Positions 53,401 to 61,726 of a stretch of 61,726 bases of DNA are shown here, piece by piece. Positions within the stretch are counted from its first letter, which is position 1. Every line of letters starts with the position of its first letter. The notes below the pieces were generated by a model that had not been told where the DNA came from, made no database searches, and saw only the letters and a program-made list of their open reading frames with translations. Made by a program: the position numbers and the translations under genes. The stretch is from Candidatus Pacearchaeota archaeon (GTDB taxonomy: Archaea > Nanobdellota > Nanobdellia > Pacearchaeales > GW2011-AR1): assembly GCA_017609745.1 (NCBI GenBank), contig JAFCDK010000002.1, forward strand, positions 1-61,726. The letters run 5' to 3'.

Positions 53401-56400
53401 TATTCTTTTTGGAGGTCAAGCAGGACAAGGAGCAAATGAATTAGCAGAAACAATATCTAATATTTTAGTTAAAGCAGGATATTATGTTTTTAATTATAGA
53501 GATTACGGCAGTTTTGTAAGGGGGGAGCACAATTTTAATATTCTTTGTATTTCAGAAAAACCAGTTTATTCTTATGATAATGAAATTGATATTTTAGTTG
53601 CACTTGATAAAAAAACTCTTGATTTGCATTCAAAAAAACTTAAAAAAACAGGAGCAATAATTTCTAAAGAACAAGGACTAAAAATAGACACAGCAAAAAT
53701 CATAGAACAGCACAAATTAGATAAAAGAATAGAAAACATGATTTTTGCAGCAGTATTAGTAAAACTTTTAGGTCTTAATATAAATGAATTAAATAATTAT
53801 ATTGATAAAAAATTCAGAGGAAAATCTCTTTATGAGGATGATATTAAAGCAGCAAAAATAGGTTATGATTTAACAAATAAAAAACTAAATATTCTTCCTA
53901 AATCAGACAGCAAGGAAAAAATTATTTTAACTGGTTCAGAAGGAATATCTATTAGTGCAATTGATTCTGGATTAGATATTTATTTTGCATATCCCATGAC
54001 CCCCGCAACCCCTGTAATGCATATTTTAGCAAAATATGAAACTAAAAAAGACAGCAAGTTTATGATGTTTCAGCCTGAAAATGAAATTGCAGTTGCTAAT
54101 ATGGCTTTAGGAGCAAGTTTTGCAGGTGCCCGCTCAATGGTTGGAACATCTGGAGGTGGTTTTGATTTAATGTCAGAAGCACTTAGTCTTCAGGGAATTT
54201 CAGAAATTCCTTTAGTTGTTTATTTAGCTTCTCGACCTGGACCAGGAACTGGTATTCCAACTTATAGTATGCAGCAGGATATTAATATTGCACTTTACAG
54301 CAGTCATGGAGAATTTCCAAGAGCTGTTATAATTCCAGGAGATGCAGAAGAATGTATTCAAGCAACTAATAGCTCGTTTTATTTAAGCCAAAAATATAGA
54401 ACCTTAAGTATTATACTTTCAGATAAACATGTTGCAGAAAGCAAATTCACTTTAACCTCTGTCCCAAAAGTCAATGAGATTAAAACAAATTTTGCAAAAA
54501 CAGATAAAAATTATGCAGGAGCAAGATGTTTACCAGGAATAAATATCTGCAAAGCATCTTCTTATACACATGATGAATATGGTATTGTAAGTGAACTAAG
54601 CAGTGTGAATATTTCAATGCTTGATAAACTTAATAAAAAAACAGAAATAATGAATAAAGAAATTCTCAGTAAATTCGAAACAATTAAAATTTATGGAAAA
54701 AATAATGCAAAAAATCTTATTATAGGAGCAGGAAGTGTTAAAGGAGTTATCTTAGATAGTTTAGATGAAATAAATTCCCGGTTTTTACAAATCATTTATC
54801 TTGCCCCGCTTGATATTGAAAAAATTAAAAAAGAAATTAAAAATTGTAAAGGCAAGATTTATGTTGTTGAATATAACTCTACTGGCCAGCTTGCTCAAAT
54901 TATTGAAGATAAATGCAGAGTAAAGGTTGAAAAAATTTTAAAATATGATGCAAGACCATTTACTCCTAAAGATATTATAAAAAGAGTGCACTGAAAGGAG
55001 GAAAAGAAGTTGCAGAATTTTATATTAATATATTAAACAAAAGACTTCAAAGAGAAGAAATAGATGAGGAGCAGCGTGATAATATATTAAGAAAATATAA
55101 TGGGGGCTTATTAGCATGAAACTAGCAGATATAACTTGGTGTCCAGGATGTTCGAATTTTAGTATACTGGCAAGTGTGCAAAATACTATTAAAGAACTTG
55201 GAATAGAAAAAAATTTAGCTATTACAACAGGAATTGGTTGTCATGGAAAAATATTTGATTATTTGCCTTATTCAGGAGTTTATTGCTTGCATGGACGGGC
55301 TATTCCTACAGGAATTGGCATTAAAATAGGAAACCCAAATTTAAAAGTAATATGCTTTACAGGAGATGGAGATACATATGCAGAAGGAATAGGACATTTT
55401 ATTCACGCCTGCAGATATAATATTGATATGACTTTAATTGTTCATAATAACCAGACATTCTCATTAACAACTGGTCAGCCAACTCCAACTTCAGAACCAA
55501 CTTATAAAGATAAAACAATGTTAATAGGAAGTTTTGGTCAGCCACTAAATCCAATTAAACTCGCTTTATCAGCAGGAGCAAGTTTTGTAGCAAGGACATA
55601 TGCTAATGATATTAAACATACAACAGAAATTTTAAAACAAGCAATAAAACATAAAGGATTTTCTTTTGTTGAAATTTTACAACCATGCATTATTTTTCAT
55701 GATACAAGAAAAATTTTAAGTGAGAATATTTATAAAATAAATACTTCAAAAAATCTCGATGAAGCAATGAAAAAAGCAAGTGAATATAATTATAATTTAA
55801 AAGGAAAAATTCCTGTTGGAATTTTCTGGCAAGAAGAAAAACAAACTTTAGAAGAACAATGGCCTCAGCTTAAAAATTTGATGGACAAAAATTTGATGTG
55901 GAAGGATTTGTGAAAAAGAGATTAAATTTTTATAAATAGATTTATTCTATAATATTTATTTCACATCCGCTCTAAAACTTCAATTCTCTTATCTATTGGC
56001 GGATGAGTGCTTCTTAAATTTTTCATCGCATCTTTTTTAAATGGATTTGCAAAGAAAAGAGGCGCTACTGCACCCGGAACTTGTCCTTTTTTCATTCCTG
56101 TTTCATATTTAATTTTTTTTAATGCTCTTGTCAAGCCAGGAGGATATCTTGTAAGCTTAACTGCTGTAGCGTCAGCACTGAACTCTCGTTTCCTAGAAAT
56201 TGTAAGTTGCACTAGCTTAACTAAAATTGGTGCAATAATTGCCATTGAAATACCTAATATAAGAAAAATTACTCCTGCTTTATCATCACGCCTTCCACGC
56301 CCCCCACCAAACCACAAACTTCTAAGAAAAATCTCTGAAGCAATTGCAATCATACCAACTAAAATAGCAGCTAAAGTCATAAATCTAATATCATAATTTG

Positions 56401-59400
56401 CAATATGGCTCAATTCATGGCCTATTACTCCTTCTAATTCCTGTTTATCAAGTTTTTCTATTGCACCTGTTGTAACACAAATAATAGCATGCTGGGGATC
56501 TCTTCCAGAGGCAAATGCATTTATCTGATTGTTTTCCATAATATAAACTTTTGGCATGGGCAAACCAGATGCAATTGTTAATCCTTCTACAGCGTGATAA
56601 AGTTGGCGATATTTTATTTTGTCAGCTCTTTTTGCTTTAACAGACGCTAAAGCTATTTTATCACTTTTATAATAACCAATAACAATATATGAGATTGAAA
56701 TAATTATAGAAATAATCATTATGATAAAGAAAAAACCAGGGTCTACTGCAAGAGAAATAATATAACCAAATAAAAGAAAAACTAAAAAAATTGCGATAAT
56801 TAGAAAAAAACTTTGACGTTTATTTTTTGCAATTTGATCATAAAATACAATTCTTCTTTTCAGTTCTTTTTCTGCCATGTTATTTTTTTTCAAAACTTAA
56901 CTTTAGGAACTGCTCTGGATTCTGCTGGAATTTCTAAATATGGTTTTACTTTAACACCATATAATGAAGCAAACATCTTTCCAGGAAATACTTTTACAGA
57001 ATTATTATAACTTAAAATACTATCATTATAAAATTGTCTTGCATAAGCAACTTTATCTTCTATTGCACTTAATTCTTTTTGAAGATGTAAAAAGTTTTCA
57101 TTTGCTTTTAATTGCGGATAATTTTCTGCAATTGCAAAAATACTCTTTAATGCTCGTTGTAATTGATTTCCAGCTTTAACTCTCCCTTTAATATCTTTAG
57201 CGCCAAGCAAATTTTTTCTAGCATTCGTAACATCTGCCATTATTGACTTTTCATGCTTAGCATAACCTTTAACTGTCTTAATCAAATTAGGAACAAGGTC
57301 TGCTCTTTTTCTAAGTTGAACATCTATTTGTGAAAGAGAATTATCTATTCTATTCCCTAAAAGAACAAATTTATTATAATAAACTATAAATATAATTACT
57401 ATTAAAGCTACAATTCCACCAATTATCCATGCCCATACCATGCTAAAACTATACGATTTTAGTTTATAAAACTTTTTAAACCCCTGATTTTTTATATATC
57501 TATAAAATGGGTGAATATAAAATATTAATTGATAAAGAGAAGTGCATTGGATGTGGGGCATGCTCAGCTATTTTGCCTGATTTTTTTGAAATTGAGGGCG
57601 GAAAAGCAAGAACAAAAAAAAGCGAAATAAAAGAAAACGAAAAACAAAAAATAAAAGATGCTGTTAGTGGTTGCCCTGTAAATGCAATAAAAGTTATAAA
57701 AAAATAAATATATTATAAACTAAGAATATTTATATATTCGGTTTTTCTTTATTTTTAATGCAGAAAAAGAAATATCTTGCTGTATTAGTAGTGCTGGTTC
57801 TTTTATTATCTATTGGTTTAGCTAATGCACTCGTTTATGGAAGTGAAAGTTATGGAGAAAATTATGTAACAAATAATGAAAAATGGGCGTATAAAGAGGA
57901 TTTACACGGCCACAATAAAGGATTTACATTAACACACACTTGGAATTCTCCAAGATATGAATATGAAACACATTATAATTCATTGGATTTTTTAGATTCA
58001 TCAAGATATTACGCTCCACGTTCTAGATTTTATACTGGATATAATAGAGTCCAAAATTCGAGAGGATATGATTATTTAGATTCTGCAATGAACACATATA
58101 GACTTAATAAAATTCCAAAATACTATGGATATCAGTATTATAGACCTAATTACAATAGATATGGTGGGAGATATTATAGTGGCTATGGCTATTCTGGGTC
58201 TAGGTATTATTATTAAAAATGAAAGAACTTGATGATTATAAAGAACTTGAAGAATATTTAGCTCAATTATCTGAATCTTCTAAACCTTTTAATTGTCCAA
58301 ATTTGAGAATTCTTTCTGAAGATTTAAAAGTTACTAATGTTGATTTAACAGAAGGATATTTATACAAAAAAAGCACATTAATTTGTTGTTTACCAAAAGG
58401 GTCGTGGGAAACTCATGAATGTAAATTAAAAGGAAGTGAAATTAGTTTAAATGAACAAGGAGAATTAGAAATATTATGTGCTAAAAATCACGGCAAATTT
58501 AAATTAAAAATAATAGATTTTAAAGCATCTTAAAATAGTATTTTCTTAATTCTATACTTCACTTCCAAAACATTTATAAATAAAAGTTTACTATTGTTAA
58601 CTATTATGGCTAACTATTCTTTGCCGCAAGAAATTGAAGTATGGTATATAATTCCCGCAATCAGGAGTGAATTATCTAAAATTTTTACTAAAAAATATAA
58701 ACTCACTTTTGAGAAGACAGGGAAGATTTTAGGTATAAGCAAGGCAGCTGTTTCACAATATATTAATAAAAAAAGAGCAGTTAAATTCAAACTGCCTGCA
58801 GATGTGAAGCGAGAAATTGAAAAATCTGCTGATAAAATAAATGAAAACAATAAAAATGCAGTAAATGAAATCATGCGATTGTTAAAATTAATAAAAATTA
58901 GTGGATATGAATGTGCTGTTTGTCGTAAGTTTAATAAAGGAATTATAAAACAATGCCATATGAATCCAATAGAGAGAAAATAAAACAAAAATGAAAAAAA
59001 TCTATCTTGATAATGCTGCAACAACTGCTGTAGATGAAAGCGTGATTAAAGCTATGGTGCCTTATTTCAACGAGAAATATGGTAATGCATCATCTCAGCA
59101 TTTGTTTGGTCAAGAAGCAAAAAGAGCGATGGAAGAATCAAGAGTCATAATTGCTAAAGCGATAGGTGCAAGATATGATGAAATATATTTTACATCTGGA
59201 GGAACAGAAGCAAATAACTGGGTAATAAAAGAAATTGGTTTTGCAAATCAGGCGAACGATAAAAATCATATTATAACAACAAAAATTGAACATGATTGTG
59301 TTTTAAATTCCTGCAACTTAATGGAAAAATTAGGTTTTAATGTAACTTATTTAGACGTAGATAAACAAGGTTTTGTAAATCCTAAAGATGTTGAAAATGC

Positions 59401-61726
59401 TATTACAGATAAAACACTTTTAGTTTCTGTTATTCATGGAAATAATGAAATAGGAACAATTCAAGATTTACAATCTATTGGTAGAATATGTAAAGAAAAA
59501 GGAGTTTATTTTCATACAGATGCCTGCCAGTCATTTACAAAAGTTAAAATTAATGTTAAAAAAATTCCAATTGATTTAATCACACTTAATGCCCACAAAA
59601 TTCATGGACCAAAAGGTATTGGAGCATTATATATTAGAAAAGGCACAAAGATTGGAGCATTACTTCATGGTGGTGGGCACGAACAAGGATTAAGAAGCGG
59701 CACAGAAAATATTCCAGGTATTATAGGATTTGCTCGAGCTGTCAAAATTGCGAATTTTCGAGATATAAAGAAAATGCAAGAACTTAGAGACAAACTTATT
59801 AATGGAATTTTAAAGTCAATTCCAGATGCAAAATTAAATGGTCCTAAAGGAAATAAAAGACTTTGTAATAATATTAATATATTATTTAAAGGTGTAGAAG
59901 CAGAAGCAATTGGGGGCTATTTAGATGCAAAAGCCATCTGCAGTTCAACTGGTTCTGCATGTTCATCTCATACATTAGACCCAAGCCATGTACTAATAGC
60001 TATAGGCCTTTCTCCAGAACAAGCAAATAGTTCAATAAGATTAAGTTTAAGTAAATTTAATACTAAAGAAGAAATAAATTATATACTTAAAATATTGCCT
60101 AAAATCATAAAAAAATTAAGGAAAATAAGTGTGTTCAGGTAAAATAATAATGGCAGATAAAAAAATAACAAAAAAAACAAAAATTAGTGACTTAATAACA
60201 CAAAACTCAGAAGTAGTTGAGATTTTATTTCAGCGAGGTCTTGGTTGCATAGGTTGTCCTATGGCAATGATGGAAACTTTAGAACAAGGACTAAAAGCCC
60301 ACGGCATGAATAACAAAGAAATTGAGAAAATTATTAAAGAATTAAATAAAAAAATAGAAAAATCAAGACCCAATTGAAAAATGACTTATTCAAAAAAGTT
60401 AATAAAAATTTTTGAAAATCCAAAAAATGTAGGAGAAATTAAAGACGCAAATGCTAAAGCAAGAGTAAAAAGCTCGATTTGTGGGGATATAATGGATATC
60501 TATTTAAAAATTGGAGATAATAAAATTGAAGATATAAAATTCCAAACATTCGGATGTATTGCAAGTATAATTTCAGGTTCAGTATTAACTGAAATTGTTA
60601 AAGGAAAAAAAATAAATGATGTCAAAAAAATAAATCAAAAACATATTCTAAGAAAATTAAATGGATTACCTCCAATAAAATTCCATTGCGCAGATTTAGC
60701 GTTATCTACTCTTAAAAAAGCAATTAAAGATTATGAGAAGAAGAAAGGAAAATAATAAATTAAATAAAATCAAAAACAAAGGGGGAAAAATGAAAAAAGA
60801 TATTATTGAAAAATAATCACCGCTTTTTCTTTTTTTTCTTACTAATTCTTTTTAATATAATAATAAAAATAACCAATATTATTAAAGCTATTAATAAATT
60901 AACAAATATATCTATAGTTATTTTTTCTTCTGGGACGCAAACTCTTTTTTCTGTTTTTTCAAATTTATCTGTGCATTGATTTATATCAGTGCATTTTCTT
61001 GTTCTAATAAATTTCTCACATTTAGACCATTCCGCACATTTCCATTGCGACTCGCAAAGAATTTTTTCTTCAAGTGTTTCAAACTCATCTCTTGGTTCTT
61101 CAGATTTTTTAGGACTAATATCTCTTCCTCCACCCCCATTAGATTGCTGGGCTCCCCCTTCTTTAGGAACTGTAAATTGTCCAGGAATACTAAAACCATA
61201 AACTAAATAAATTAAATTAAGGAAAATCAATATAAACACCACATAAGCAAAGATGCCCCTCATTTTCTAAATAATCCAAACAAATTTTTAAAAAAATCTT
61301 TAATTGCTTTTACTAATTTATTTTTTGATTCTTGTTGTTTTTGAGTTTGAATATCTTGTTCATAAGTTTTATTAGTTTCATCAATAGACTTAGCAGTTAT
61401 ACTAAAACTGCCGGTTACTTTTCCTGCCCCATTATCTGCAGAAACTATAGAAATAAAAGCGATACTGCTTATTAATATAAAACACACCAAACATATTATA
61501 GTTTTCATGATTATGTTAAGATTAAGAACTTTTTAAATTCATCTCCTTCTTTTTACTAAAACAAGAATTATTATTGCTAAGATTATAATTGCAGCTACAA
61601 GAAGAGTTATCCATACAAAGACTCCTAACCCTTCTTCTTCAAACATATTTGGTCTGGTTCTTTCAGAAACAACATTAGCAGTTACAGGTAAATTGCAAAC
61701 TTTAGGAATAATCTTACTTCCTGAAA

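Overview
Very AT-rich (judged by eye, not computed), densely packed archaeal chromosome segment. All family calls come from motif recognition in the supplied translations; no searches were run. The archaeal assignment rests on EF-1alpha/EF-2, RNA polymerase subunits H/B/A, archaeal DnaG, DtdA, Elp3, archaeal-type ThrRS/TrpRS, a class III (pilin-type) signal peptide and an intron-containing tRNA. Short proteins, many tiny membrane or secreted ORFs and patchy metabolism suggest a reduced DPANN-like archaeon; that is inference only. The backbone is a remodelled rpoH-rpoB-rpoA-nusA-S12-S7-EF2-EF1a cluster (15996-29802, minus strand). Other blocks are smc-like/rnhB, a dNTP island (thyA-like, tmk, Nudix-like, nrdJ), elp3, an MTAP-APRT fusion, thrS/trpS, two PP-loop tRNA thiolation genes, trxA-trxB-aroE-like, a 2-oxoacid:ferredoxin oxidoreductase plus ADP-forming acetyl-CoA synthetase module, lemA-htpX, and a small Fe-S assembly operon. 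There are four tRNA genes: an intron-containing CAU, Ser-GCU, Lys-UUU, and a class II tRNA with an apparent AAU anticodon. I found no rRNA, CRISPR array, transposase or integrase. The points most worth a second look are: (1) an SMC-headed ATPase with a Rad50-like CxxC at the coiled-coil apex instead of a hinge; (2) an unsplit, compact rpoA, with a tRNA and a small Cys ORF lying between rpoB and rpoA; (3) the class II tRNA with an AAU anticodon and a duplicated D-arm upstream; (4) a membrane-anchored HicA-like gene and an acdB-like gene, each broken by a 1-nt frameshift; (5) the MTAP-APRT fusion; (6) a membrane protein with a degenerate cyclase-like cytoplasmic domain; (7) an orphan EncFtn-like half-ferritin; (8) a palindromic TATA box at a fixed ~22-nt offset from many start codons, implying leaderless mRNAs and helping to fix true starts.
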